Counted from the first letter of the stretch, positions 10,833-21,893 are shown. The stretch: DNA of 32,000 nt from Pseudomonas aeruginosa (GCF_001457615.1 NZ_LN831024.1:5940001-5972000); one strand, 5' to 3'. Notes: a model not told the origin generated them from the sequence alone. Translations and numbers: made by a program.

Positions 10833-11020
10833 AGGAAAGAGATAGGTACGCAGAAAGAGGAATTGGAGAAAGCGTCGAGCTTGGGAAAGCCGTGTCGCAA
10901 GGGGGCGACAGGAGCGCTAGAAAGTTCGAGTAGGAAGTGCGTCCGGGACGGCATGCAGAAGGCGACGGAAAAAACGTCGCGAACCCGAATTTAACACCGT
11001 GGCCGGGTGGCGTCTATAGA

Positions 11021-11055
11021 AACGCAAAAAAAAGCCCCGCGAATCGCGGGGCTTT
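11021..11055 (-). terminator. Intrinsic terminator downstream of trxA
   Basis: AAAGCCCCGCG (11031-11041), AAT, CGCGGGGCTTT (11045-11055), with an A-run (11026-11033) giving a U-tract on the minus-strand transcript. Confidence 0.92.
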
Positions 11056-11076
11056 CCAGCGAGGCCTGGGCCCGGC

Positions 11077-11403
11077 TCAGATATTGGCGTCGAGGAAGGC
11101 CGCCAGCTGCGACTTGGACAGTGCGCCGACCTTGGTCGCCTCGACATTGCCGTCCTTGAACAGCATCAGGGTAGGGATGCCACGCACACCGTATTTCGGC
11201 GGGGTATCCTGGTTCTCGTCGATGTTCAGCTTGCAGACCTTCAGCTTGCCCTGATAGTCCCTGGCGACTTCGTCCAGCACCGGCGCGATCATCTTGCACG
11301 GACCGCACCACTCGGCCCAGTAGTCCACCAGCACAGGGCCGTCGGCCTTCAGCACGTCCTGCTCGAAGCTGGCATCAGTAACGTTGACGATATGTTCGCT
11401 CAT
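11077..11403 (-). CDS. trxA: Thioredoxin
   Basis: [85 protein letters not shown]; WCGPC active site, 108 aa. The longer track ORF 11077..12774 reads back from it, antisense to ppx. Confidence 0.98.
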
Positions 11404-11586
11404 GAAATCTCTCCGTAGTCGGACGCGAATTGAAACGCGAAAGTGCCGACCATCATATCCCGCCTTGACCCTCGCCGGAAGGCGCAGCCGATTGAGAGTC
11501 TCTATCGTTGGTCGGCTGATTCCCGATTGATCGGCTGCCGCATTGGCGACCCTCGCCCTATCGTGGCAGGATGGCGCAGTTTTCCA

Positions 11587-13107
11587 ATGGACTTGCAAAG
11601 CATGCCGCAAAAACCTGCCGAGGCATTCCCGCTGATTGCCGCCCTGGACCTGGGCTCCAACAGTTTCCACCTCTGTCTGGCCAAGGCCAATATCCACGGC
11701 GAAGTCCGCATCCTCGAACGGCTGGGCGAGAAGGTCCAACTGGCCGCCGGCCTCGACGAGGAGCGCAATCTCAGCGAAGAGGCCACCCAGCGCGGCCTCG
11801 ACTGCCTGCGCCGCTTCGCCCAGTTCATCAGCGGCATGCCCCAGGGTTCCGTACGCGTGGTCGCGACCAACGCCTTGCGCGAGGCGCGCAACCGCAGCGA
11901 TTTCATCCGTCGTGCGGAAGAGGTTCTCGGCCATCCCGTGGAAGTCATCTCCGGCCGCGAGGAGGCCCGCCTGATCTACCTCGGCGTCGCCAACAGCATG
12001 CCCGACAGCGGCGGTCGCCGGCTGGTCAGCGACATCGGCGGCGGCAGCACCGAGTTCATCATCGGCCAGGGTTTCGAGTCCGAGCTGCGGGAAAGCCTGC
12101 AGATGGGTTGCGTCAGCTACACCCAACGCTACTTCCGCGACGGCAAGATCACCCCGGCCCGCTACGCCCAGGCGTACACTGCTGCACGCCTGGAACTGAT
12201 GGGCATCGAGAACAGCCTGCGGCGCCTCGGCTGGCAACAGGCGGTCGGCGCCTCCGGCACCATCCGCGCAGTGGCGCTGGCGATCAAGGCCGGCGGCCAC
12301 GGCAACGGCGAGATCAGCCCGGACGGACTGGCCTGGCTGAAGCGCAAGGTGCTCAAGCTCGGCGACGTGGAGAAGCTCGATCTGGAAGGGATCAAGCCGG
12401 ACCGCCGGACCATCTTCCCGGCCGGACTGGCCATTCTCGAAGCGATCTTCGACGCGCTGGAACTGGAACAGATGGTTCACTCCGAGGGCGCCCTGCGCGA
12501 AGGCGTTCTCTACGACCTGGTCGGCCGTCACCAGCACGAGGACGTGCGCGAACGCACCATCAGTTCGCTGATGCAGCGCTACCACGTCGATCCGGAGCAG
12601 GCTTCGCGGGTGGAGGCCAAGGCCCTCAAGGTGCTTGCCGAAGTCGGCGACGCCTGGGAGCTGAACGACGAACTGCACCGCGACCTGCTGAGCTGGGGCG
12701 CACGGGTCCACGAGATCGGCCTGGACATCGCCCATTACCACTACCACAAGCACGGCGCCTACCTGATCGAGCACTCCGACCTGGCTGGCTTCTCGCGCCA
12801 GGACCAGCAGATGCTGTCGCTACTGGTACGCGGCCACCGCCGCAACATTCCGGCGGATAAGCTGGCGGAGTTCGCCGCGGAAGGCGACAAGTTGGTGCGC
12901 CTGTGCATCGTGCTGCGCTTCGCGATCCTCTTCCACCACATTCGCGGCACCCAGGAAATGCCCTCGGTGCGCCTGAAGGCAGAGCCCAAGAGCCTTTCGG
13001 TGACCTTCCCCGAGGGCTGGCTGGAAGCCAACCCGCTGACCCAGGCCGACTTCGCCCAGGAAGCCGAATGGCTCAAGCGGGTCGGCTACAGCCTCAACGT
13101 GCGGTAA
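11587..13107 (+). CDS. ppx: Exopolyphosphatase (Ppx/GppA family)
   Basis: [56 protein letters not shown]...[17 protein letters not shown]...[16 protein letters not shown]. Alternative start at 11602 (MPQKPAE...). Confidence 0.96.
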
Positions 13108-15304
13108 GCACCGGCGCGGCCAGCTTCTCCAGCAGGGTCGCCTGGGTATTGCGGGGGTTCTGGTTACCGGTGGGGCTGAGCCGCTGGTAGCTACCGTCGG
13201 CCTGCAACACCCAGGCCTGGGTGTTGTCGGTCAGATACGTTTCCAGTTCCTTCTTGACCCGCTGCACCAGCTTCTTGCCTTCCACCGGGAAGCAGGTCTC
13301 GACGCGCATGTCGAGGTTGCGCTCCATCCAGTCGGCGCTGGAGAGATAGAGCTTCTCGTCGCCGCCGTTGAGGAAGTAGTAGATGCGGCTGTGCTCGAGG
13401 AAGCGTCCGATGATCGAGCGCACGTGGATATTGTGCGAGACCCCCGGGATGCCTGGCCGCAGGCAGCACATGCCACGCACCACCAGGTCGATCCTGACCC
13501 CGGCCTGGCTGGCCTTGTACAGGGCGCGGATGACCTTCGGATCGGTCAGCGAGTTGACCTTGGCCATGATGTGCGCAGGCTGGCCGAGCGCCGCCTGGGC
13601 CGCCTCGCGGTTGATCATTTCCAGCAGGTTCTTCTTCAGGGTGAACGGCGCATGTAACAGCTTCTTCATGCGCAGCGTCTTGCCCATCCCGATCAGTTGG
13701 TTGAACAGCTTGTGCAGGTCCTCGCAGAGCGCCACGTCGGCGGTCAGCAGGCTGTAGTCGGTGTACAGGCGAGCGTTGCCGGCATGGTAGTTGCCGGTGC
13801 CCAGGTGCGCGTAGCGGCGCAGTTCGCCGTCCTCGCGACGGAGGATCAGCATCATCTTGGCGTGGGTCTTGAAGCCGACCACGCCGTAGATCACTACCGC
13901 ACCGGCCTGTTGCAGGCGGCTGGCCAGTTGCAGGTTGGACTCTTCGTCGAAGCGGGCGCGCAGCTCGATCACCGCGGTGACCTCCTTGCCGTTGCGTGCC
14001 GCCTCGACCAGGGCGTCGACGATCTCAGAGTTGGCGCCGCTGCGGTACAGGGTTTGCTTGATCGCCAGCACGTTCGGATCCTTGGCGGCCTGGCGCAGCA
14101 GGTCGATCACCGGAGTGAAGGACTCGAACGGGTGCATCAGCAACACGTCGAGCTTGCTGAGGACGTTGAAGAGGTTTTCCTTCTTCTGCAAAAGACGCGG
14201 GATCGCCGGGGTGAAGGGCGGGTACTGCAGCTCCGGATGGCTTTCCAGGCCGGTGACGCTGAACAGGCGGGTCAGGTTGACCGGGCCGCTGACCTTGTAC
14301 AACTCGCTTTCGGACAGGCCGAACTGCTTGAGCAGGTAGTTGGTCAGGTTCTGCGGGCAGGTATCCACCACCTCCAGGCGTACCGCATCCCCGTAGCGAC
14401 GCGAGAACAGCTCGCCGCGCAGCGCGCGGGCCAGGTCCTCGACATCCTCGGTGTCCACCGACAGGTCGGCGTTGCGGGTCAGGCGGAACTGGTAGCAGCC
14501 CTTCACCTTCATGCCGGGGAACAGGTCGTCGGCGTGGGCGTGGATCATCGACGACAGGAACACGTAGTTGTCGCCCTCGCCGCCAACGTCTTCCGGCAGC
14601 CTGATGATCCGTGGCAGCAGGCGCGGCGCCGGGATGATCGCCAGGCCGGAGTCGCGGCCGAAGGCATCCATCCCCTCCAGCTCGACGATGAAGTTGAGGC
14701 TCTTGTTCACCAGCAGCGGGAACGGGTGGGTCGGGTCGAGGCCGATCGGGGTGATGATCGGCGCGATCTCGTCGCGGAAGAAGCGCCGCACCCAGGTCTT
14801 GATCTTCAGCGTCCAGTGACGCCGGCGGATGAAGCGGATCTGGTGCTTGGCCAGCTCCGGCAACAGGGTCTCGTTGAGGATCCGGTACTGCCGCGATACC
14901 TGCTCGTGGACCAGCTCGCTGATCCGCGCCAGGGCCTGGTGCGGCAGCAGGCCGTCGGCGCCGGCCTGCTCGCGGGCGAAGGTGATCTGCTTCTTCAGGC
15001 CGGCGATGCGGATCTCGAAGAACTCGTCGAGGTTGCTCGAGAAGATGAGGAGGAACTTCAGCCGCTCCAGGAGCGGGTAGGACTCGTCCAGCGCCTGTTC
15101 CAGCACGCGGATGTTGAACTGCAACTGGGAGAGCTCGCGATGAATGTACAGGCTGCTGTCATCCACGCTGGGAACCACCGCAGGTGGCGTTTCCACCGGG
15201 ATCGTTTCGGCCATCTTCACTTCTGCTTCGCTTTCCACGTTCGCCACTACGGTTTCGTCGGCGGCGATACGTTCGATCTCATCAAGTCCTTGCTGCGTAT
15301 TCAT
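13094..15304 (-). CDS. ppk: Polyphosphate kinase 1
   Basis: 736 aa; ...[54 protein letters not shown]...[46 protein letters not shown]; canonical PPK1. Confidence 0.98.
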
Positions 15305-15321
15305 TCATCTTCCCGAGGGGG

Positions 15322-16389
<1,068 letters not shown>

Positions 16390-16579
16390 TTATGACGGAT
16401 TGGCAACAAGCGACGACAGTGACTCAAGGTCGCGGCATCCTGCCGCACCGCCAATCATCGCAAAAAGCCAGCGGCAAAGGCCATTCATTGCACAATCAAT
16501 GACCTGAGCCGTGACGATCGCGCTTTCCCCACGCCCTCAACCGAGTTAGGCTGCGCGTTCATTTCGCTTCGCTGCCCCG

Positions 16580-17170
16580 ATGATGCTCCAACAATTCCTG
16601 CAGGACTTCGGCTATTTCGCCCTTTTTCTCGGTACTTTCTTCGAGGGCGAAACCATTCTCGTGCTGGCCGGGTTCCTTGCCTTCCGCGGCTACATGCAGC
16701 TGGATACCGTGATTCTCACCGCCTTCCTCGGCAGCTACGCCGGTGACCAACTCTGGTACTTCCTCGGACGCCGCCACGGCCGCCGGTTGCTGGCGCGCAA
16801 GCCGCGCTGGCAGAAGCTCGGCGACAAGGCGCTGGACCATGTGCGCCGCCATCCTGACCTGTGGGTGCTGAGTTTCCGCTTCGTCTACGGCCTGCGTACG
16901 GTGATGCCGGTGGCCATCGGCCTGTCCGGCTATCCACCGGCCCGCTATCTTCTTCTCAATGGCATCGGCGCCATCGTCTGGGCCGCTGCGCTGGGCTCCG
17001 CCGCCTACTATTTCGGCAGCGTACTGGAAGGCATGCTCGGCAACATCAAGAAATACGAACTCATGGTCCTCGGCGGCCTGATCGTGCTGGGCCTGCTGCT
17101 CTGGCTATGGCGGCGTTTCAAGACACCGCGCGGCAACGGCGCGGGCGGCAACGCCGACAAATCCGAGTGA
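16580..17170 (+). CDS. DedA-family inner-membrane protein
   Basis: MMLQQFLQDFGYFALFLGTFFEGETILVLAGFLAFRGYMQLDTVILTAFLGSYAGDQLWYFLGRRHGRRLL...FRFVYGLRTVMPVAIGLSG; DedA/VTT domain motifs. Confidence 0.95.
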   Translation: MMLQQFLQDFGYFALFLGTFFEGETILVLAGFLAFRGYMQLDTVILTAFLGSYAGDQLWYFLGRRHGRRLLARKPRWQKLGDKALDHVRRHPDLWVLSFRFVYGLRTVMPVAIGLSGYPPARYLLLNGIGAIVWAAALGSAAYYFGSVLEGMLGNIKKYELMVLGGLIVLGLLLWLWRRFKTPRGNGAGGNADKSE

Positions 17171-17333
17171 ACCCGCGCCGGCGCGACTGAACAGCCGGCC
17201 CCTTCGCACACTCCAACTCCTTGTACCCTCCGCTCCGGCTGGCCGCCGGGGCCGGCGGCTCGCTATGCTTGCGCGATACCGACCCCGGCCAGGCCGTCCG
17301 GTCCGGATCCTGCGTTCCCAAGGAGTAAGCCTC

Positions 17334-18002
17334 ATGCACAAGAAAGTTGCCGTCATCCTCTCCGGTTGTGGCGTCTACGATGGCGCGGAAATCCACGAAA
17401 GCGTGATCACCCTGCTCCGCCTCAGCCAGCGAGGCGCCGAGGCACAATGCTTCGCGCCGAACATCGCCCAGCACCATGTGGTCAACCACCTGACCGGCGA
17501 GGAAATGCCGGAAAGCCGCAATGTCCTGGTCGAGTCCGCGCGTATCGCCCGCGGCGAAGTCAAGGACCTGCGCGAAGCCCGCGCCGAGGACTACGACGCG
17601 CTGATCGTGCCCGGTGGCTTCGGCGCTGCGAAGAACCTCAGCGACTTTGCCATCAACGGCGCGCAATGCCAGGTGCAGCCGGACGTGCTGGCGCTGGCCA
17701 AGGCTTTCGCCGAAGCCGGCAAGCCAGTCGGGCTGATCTGCATCGCTCCGGCGATGGCGGCGAAGATCTACGGCGCCGGCGTCCAATGCACCATCGGCAA
17801 CGACGCCGACACCGCCGACGCGCTGAAGCAGATGGGTGCCGAGCACATCGACGCGCCGGTGGACGAGATCGTCGAAGACAGCGCGCGCAAGCTGGTGACC
17901 ACCCCGGCCTACATGCTCGCCCAGTCGATAGCCGAAGCCGCTTCCGGGATCAACAAGCTGGTCGACCGGGTGCTCGAACTGGTGGACCAGGACAAGGCCT
18001 GA
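17334..18002 (+). CDS. elbB: Isoprenoid biosynthesis glyoxalase ElbB (DJ-1/PfpI family)
   Basis: MHKKVAVILSGCGVYDGAEIHESVITLLRLSQRGAEAQCFAPNIAQHHVVNHLTGEEMPESRNVLVESARIARG...DALIVPGGFGAAKNLSDFA. AAGGAG RBS upstream. Confidence 0.95.
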   Translation: MHKKVAVILSGCGVYDGAEIHESVITLLRLSQRGAEAQCFAPNIAQHHVVNHLTGEEMPESRNVLVESARIARGEVKDLREARAEDYDALIVPGGFGAAKNLSDFAINGAQCQVQPDVLALAKAFAEAGKPVGLICIAPAMAAKIYGAGVQCTIGNDADTADALKQMGAEHIDAPVDEIVEDSARKLVTTPAYMLAQSIAEAASGINKLVDRVLELVDQDKA

Positions 18003-18097
18003 TCGGCCAAGCACGAGGGCGGTCGCGCCGCCGCCCTTTTCAAATCCGTGCCGCTACGCCAGCGTGCGTCTCGAAACCATCGAATCGAGACGCCGCG

Positions 18098-18571
18098 ATG
18101 AGCGAAACGCCCTCCTCCGCCCTGCCTGACGACGTCCACCAACTGGTGGCGGATTTCTTCCAGCGCATCCCCTTCAACCGCATGCTCGGCATCCGCGTGG
18201 TGAGCCTCGGCCGCGAGCGGGTAGTCCTCGACCTGCCGATGAAGGACGAACTGATCGGCAACTTCGTCCAGGGCATTCTCCACGGCGGGGTGATCTCCAG
18301 CCTGCTCGACGTCACCGGCGGTGCGATGGCCCTGATCGGCGCCCTCGAACGGCATCGCGAACTGCCAGGCCACGAGCGCATGGCGCGGCTGTCGAAGCTC
18401 GGCACCATCGACTTGCGCGTCGACTACCTGCGCCCGGGACGCGGCCGGACGTTCACCGCCCATGCGGTGCCGCTTCGCTCGGGCAACAAGGTCGCAGTGG
18501 TGCGCTCGGAACTGCATAGCGACGACGGCACGCTGGTCGCCGTCGGTACCGGTACCTATCTGTGCGGCTGA
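18098..18571 (+). CDS. Hotdog-fold thioesterase (PaaI family)
   Basis: MSETPSSALPDDVHQLVADFFQRIPFNRMLGIRVVSLGRERVVLDLPMKDELIGNFVQGILHGGVISSLLDVTGGAMALIG...TIDLRVDYLRPG; the HGGVISSLLD block is typical of this family. Confidence 0.93.
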   Translation: MSETPSSALPDDVHQLVADFFQRIPFNRMLGIRVVSLGRERVVLDLPMKDELIGNFVQGILHGGVISSLLDVTGGAMALIGALERHRELPGHERMARLSKLGTIDLRVDYLRPGRGRTFTAHAVPLRSGNKVAVVRSELHSDDGTLVAVGTGTYLCG

Positions 18572-19038
18572 CTCGCGCGTAGATCGGCTTCCCGCTGCAG
18601 GCGGGTGAGCAGGCGGTCCAGGGCGTTGGCGAACGCCTGGCGGTCACGCTCACCGTAGGGCGCCTGGCCGCCGCCCATCTGCCCCTGGTCACGCAGGTCG
18701 GCCATCAGGTTGCGCATGGCCAGCTTATCGCCCATGTTCCGCGCGTCGAACTCGCGGCCGCGAGGATCGAGGGCGGCAACCTGTTTCTTGATCAGCCGAT
18801 CGGCCAGCGGTACGTCGCTGCAGATCGCCAGGTCGCCCGGCTCGGCCTGCTCCACCAGGTAATCGTCAGCCGCATCCATCCCGCTTTCCACCACCACCAG
18901 ACGCACGCAGGCGAACGGCGGCTTGACCTGCGGCTGGCCGGCGACCATCCAGACTTCCAGCTTGCGCTTGAGGGCGAACTTGCAGACCAGTTCCTTGGCC
19001 GCCTTGGGGCAGGCGTCGGCATCGATCCAGATACGCAT
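18556..19038 (-). CDS. YaiI/YqxD family protein (UPF0178)
   Basis: MRIWIDADACPKAAKELVCKFALKRKLEVWMVAGQPQVKPPFACVRLVVVESGMDAADDYLVEQAEPGDLAICSDVPLADRLIKKQVAALDPRG; 160 aa. Confidence 0.95.
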   Translation of the reverse strand: MRIWIDADACPKAAKELVCKFALKRKLEVWMVAGQPQVKPPFACVRLVVVESGMDAADDYLVEQAEPGDLAICSDVPLADRLIKKQVAALDPRGREFDARNMGDKLAMRNLMADLRDQGQMGGGQAPYGERDRQAFANALDRLLTRLQREADLRASQPHR

Positions 19039-19059
19039 GAACGGACTTCCGTAGAAATG

Positions 19060-19088
19060 ACGACGGCCAGTATCGCACTGGCCGTCGT
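19060..19088 (-). terminator. Hairpin downstream of the FTR1-type permease gene, possibly a weak terminator
   Basis: Perfect 11-bp stem ACGACGGCCAG / CTGGCCGTCGT (19060-19070 / 19078-19088), 7-nt loop. Only a weak U-rich tail (CATTTCT) on the minus strand. Confidence 0.55.
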
Positions 19089-19104
19089 GGTTGCGCGAAC
19101 CCGC

Positions 19105-21006
19105 TCAGTCGGCGGCGTTGGCCGCCGCACGCCGGCGCTCGACGATCCGGCTACGTCCGTAGAGCAGCGCGATGGCCACCATTGCCATGGCCTGGGCCGA
19201 CAGCGAATAGGCGTCAGCCTTGATCCCCAGCCAGTCGAAGTCGAAGAACGGCACCGGACGGGTGCCGATCACCCCGGCTTCCTGCAAGGCGATGACGCCA
19301 TGTCCGGCGAACACCACCGAGAGCGCACAGAGCAACGCCGCGTTGATGCTGAAGAACAACCCCAGCGGCAGTTTCGCCGAACCACGCAGGATCACCCAGG
19401 CCAGGCCGATCAGCAGGACCACGGCGGTCGCCGCGCCGCCGATCACGGCATTGTGCCCGGCCGGTCCGGCCTGCAACCAGAGGGTTTCGTAGAACAGGAT
19501 GACCTCGAACAACTCGCGGTAGACCGAGAAGAACGCCAGCACTGCGAAGCCGAAGCGTCCGCCACCGCCCACCAGGCTGCTGCGGATGTAGTCCTGCCAG
19601 GCTGCCGCGTGGCGGCGGTCGTGCATCCAGACGCCGAGCCAGAGCACCATCACGCAGGCGAACAGAGAGGTGAAGCCCTCCATCAGCTCGCGCTGGGCAC
19701 CGCCGATATCGATCACATAGGCGGCCAACGCCCAGGTGGCGAAGCCGGCGACGAAGGCCAGCCCCCAGCCGACGTGCACGCCACGCACGGCACTTTCCTG
19801 CCCGGTATTGCGCAGGAAGGCGAGGATGGCGGCAAGCACCAGGATTGCCTCTACCCCTTCGCGCAACAGGATCAACAAGGCGGAAACGAAACTGATGGAG
19901 AAACTCAGCGAGTCGCCGCCAAGCTGCTTGGCGGCCTCTGCCAGCTTGCCCTTGGCCAGCTCCAGCTGTTGCGCCACCTGGATTTCCGGGAGGCCATCGC
20001 GCAACGCCTGGCGGTAGGCCATCAGCTGCTTCTCGGTGGAGCGGCGCAAATCGGCGTCGACGTTGTCCAGCGAGCTTTCCACCAGCTCGAAGCCTTCCAG
20101 GTAGGCCGCCACCGACAGGTCGTAGGCCTGGTCGCGGTCGCCTTCGCGATAGACCGCGAAGCTCTTGTCCAGGGTGGCGGCGGTATAGTCGATCAACTGC
20201 CCAGGACCGCGCTGCTCCAGCGGCGGATGCGCACGCAGGGCGCGGAAGCTCTCCGCAGCGGCCTCGCCGTCGTACTCGGCGACTTCGGCCGGAGTCTGCG
20301 TGGCCAGGGTCGCCAGCGGGTAGGCATGGGCCTTGTCCGGCTGCGCACTGCGGGCGCTCAGGCCGGCCACATAGCTGGCCAGATCCCAGCGCTGGCGTTC
20401 GTCGAGCTGGTCGGCGAACGCCGGCATGTCGGTGCCCGCCACGCCTAGGCCGATGACGTTACGCAGGTCGTAGAGGCTCAGGTGGTCGAGGCGCTGGCGA
20501 TCGGTGAGGTTCGCTGGCGGCGGTTCCAGGCCGATGCCGGCGGGGCCGTCGCCCTTGCCCGCATCGCCATGGCAGATTGCGCACTGCTGGGCATAGATCG
20601 GCGCCGCGCGGCTCGGGTCGGGGGTGATCGCGGGGGTCTGCACCACCTGGTAGATATCCGCCACCCGTGCCTCGAGGTTGCGCGCCTGGAGGGCCACGTC
20701 CCTTCCCGGCAAGCGCTGCTCGATGGCCTGGCGCAGGCTGGCGACGCCCCTCTCCAGCTCGGCGCGCTCGGGGCGCATCGGCAGGGTCAGGACCAATGCC
20801 TGCAGGTTGCCGACGAACTCCACCTGTTCCTGGTATTCGCTGGGGTCGACGATCTTGCCGTCAGCCACGGTCGGCGGATAGTCGGCCGCCAGGTAACTCA
20901 ACAGATGCAAGGCTTGGGAGGGGTCGACGGCCGTGTCGGCTAGAGCTCCAAGGCTGAACGCGCAGACCAGCGGCAGCAGCCACAGCAGGATTTTCGGAGG
21001 GTGCAT
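19105..21006 (-). CDS. Cytochrome c / FTR1-family iron permease fusion protein
   Basis: MHPPKILLWLLPLVCAFSLGALA signal peptide; c-type heme site YAQQCAICHGDAGKGDGPAG; C-terminal permease with ALLILLREGVEAILVLAAILAFL and YRELFEVILFYETL (REXXE-type motifs). Confidence 0.92.
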   Translation of the reverse strand: MHPPKILLWLLPLVCAFSLGALADTAVDPSQALHLLSYLAADYPPTVADGKIVDPSEYQEQVEFVGNLQALVLTLPMRPERAELERGVASLRQAIEQRLPGRDVALQARNLEARVADIYQVVQTPAITPDPSRAAPIYAQQCAICHGDAGKGDGPAGIGLEPPPANLTDRQRLDHLSLYDLRNVIGLGVAGTDMPAFADQLDERQRWDLASYVAGLSARSAQPDKAHAYPLATLATQTPAEVAEYDGEAAAESFRALRAHPPLEQRGPGQLIDYTAATLDKSFAVYREGDRDQAYDLSVAAYLEGFELVESSLDNVDADLRRSTEKQLMAYRQALRDGLPEIQVAQQLELAKGKLAEAAKQLGGDSLSFSISFVSALLILLREGVEAILVLAAILAFLRNTGQESAVRGVHVGWGLAFVAGFATWALAAYVIDIGGAQRELMEGFTSLFACVMVLWLGVWMHDRRHAAAWQDYIRSSLVGGGGRFGFAVLAFFSVYRELFEVILFYETLWLQAGPAGHNAVIGGAATAVVLLIGLAWVILRGSAKLPLGLFFSINAALLCALSVVFAGHGVIALQEAGVIGTRPVPFFDFDWLGIKADAYSLSAQAMAMVAIALLYGRSRIVERRRAAANAAD

Positions 21007-21110
21007 GGCGAAGACGAAGTGAGAATGGAAGAGATTAAATTGTCCCTTCGCCTTCCCGCCCATGCAAGAAATACTCTGTAACAATCACGCCCATCAGCGT
21101 GTCGGGCGGC

Positions 21111-21740
21111 TCAGAGCGGCGCTCGGCGTACCGTCGCCAGCAGCCCCGCGGCACCGACGAACAGGCTGGCGAAGGTACGGTTCACCAGCTTCTGCTGGCG
21201 CGGCGAACGCAGTACGCGTAGCACGCGCGCAGCCAGCCCGGTGTAGCCGGCCATGACGATCAGGTCGACGACGATCATGGTGCCGCCCATGATCAGGTAT
21301 TGCGCCAGCAGCGGCTGGTGCGGGTCGATGAACTGCGGCAGCACCGCGAGCATGAAGATCACCGCCTTGGGATTGCTGGCGTTGACCAGGAAACCACGCA
21401 GCACCAGGGTCAACGGTCGCCCCAGAGGCCGTTCGCCATCGGTGCTCAAGGCCTGTGGCGGCGCCTGCCACTGGCGCACCGCCAGGTACACCAGGTAGGC
21501 CACGCCGAACCACTTGATCAGGCTGAAAGCCAGTGCCGAGGTCGCCAGCAACGCACCGACGCCGGCGGCGACGATGGCGATCTGCAGGGCCAGGCCGATC
21601 TGCAGGCCCAGCGCGTTCCAGTAGCCTCGCGCAAAGCCGTACTGCAACCCGCAGGACATCGAGGCGATGGCTCCGGCGCCCGGCGACAGGCTGATGGCCC
21701 AGCAGGCGAGGAAGAAGGCGAACCAGGTACTGACGAGCAT
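21111..21740 (-). CDS. LysE/RhtB-family amino-acid exporter
   Basis: MLVSTWFAFFLACWAISLSPGAGAIASMSCGLQYGFARGYWNALGLQIGLALQIAIVAAGVGALLATSALAFSLIKWFGVAYLVYLAVRQW...FLVNASNPKAVIFMLAVLPQFI. Confidence 0.95.
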   Translation of the reverse strand: MLVSTWFAFFLACWAISLSPGAGAIASMSCGLQYGFARGYWNALGLQIGLALQIAIVAAGVGALLATSALAFSLIKWFGVAYLVYLAVRQWQAPPQALSTDGERPLGRPLTLVLRGFLVNASNPKAVIFMLAVLPQFIDPHQPLLAQYLIMGGTMIVVDLIVMAGYTGLAARVLRVLRSPRQQKLVNRTFASLFVGAAGLLATVRRAPL

Positions 21741-21871
21741 TGCACACCTCGGAAAGCGAACGCGGCTGGCGGCGGGAACGAAAAAGCCAGTGTGCACCAA
21801 GGCGGAGCAGCCGCACAGGTTTTCCGACCACGCGCCTCGCCCAACCTTTGCGGGCGCAACCTGGCGGACAG

Positions 21872-21893
21872 AAAAAACCCGGCAGATGCCGGG
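21872..21893 (-). terminator. Intrinsic terminator downstream of the TerC-family gene
   Basis: CCCGGC AGAT GCCGGG stem-loop (21878-21893), with A6 (21872-21877) giving U6 on the minus-strand transcript. Confidence 0.88.

Noticed and set aside
11404-12774. Long minus-strand ORF extension (track ORF 11077..12774, 565 aa) running through the trxA frame
   Set aside because: Only the last 108 aa is thioredoxin, with a clean start at 11403. The rest is antisense to conserved ppx and has an unlikely protein composition, a typical GC-rich stop-poor frame.
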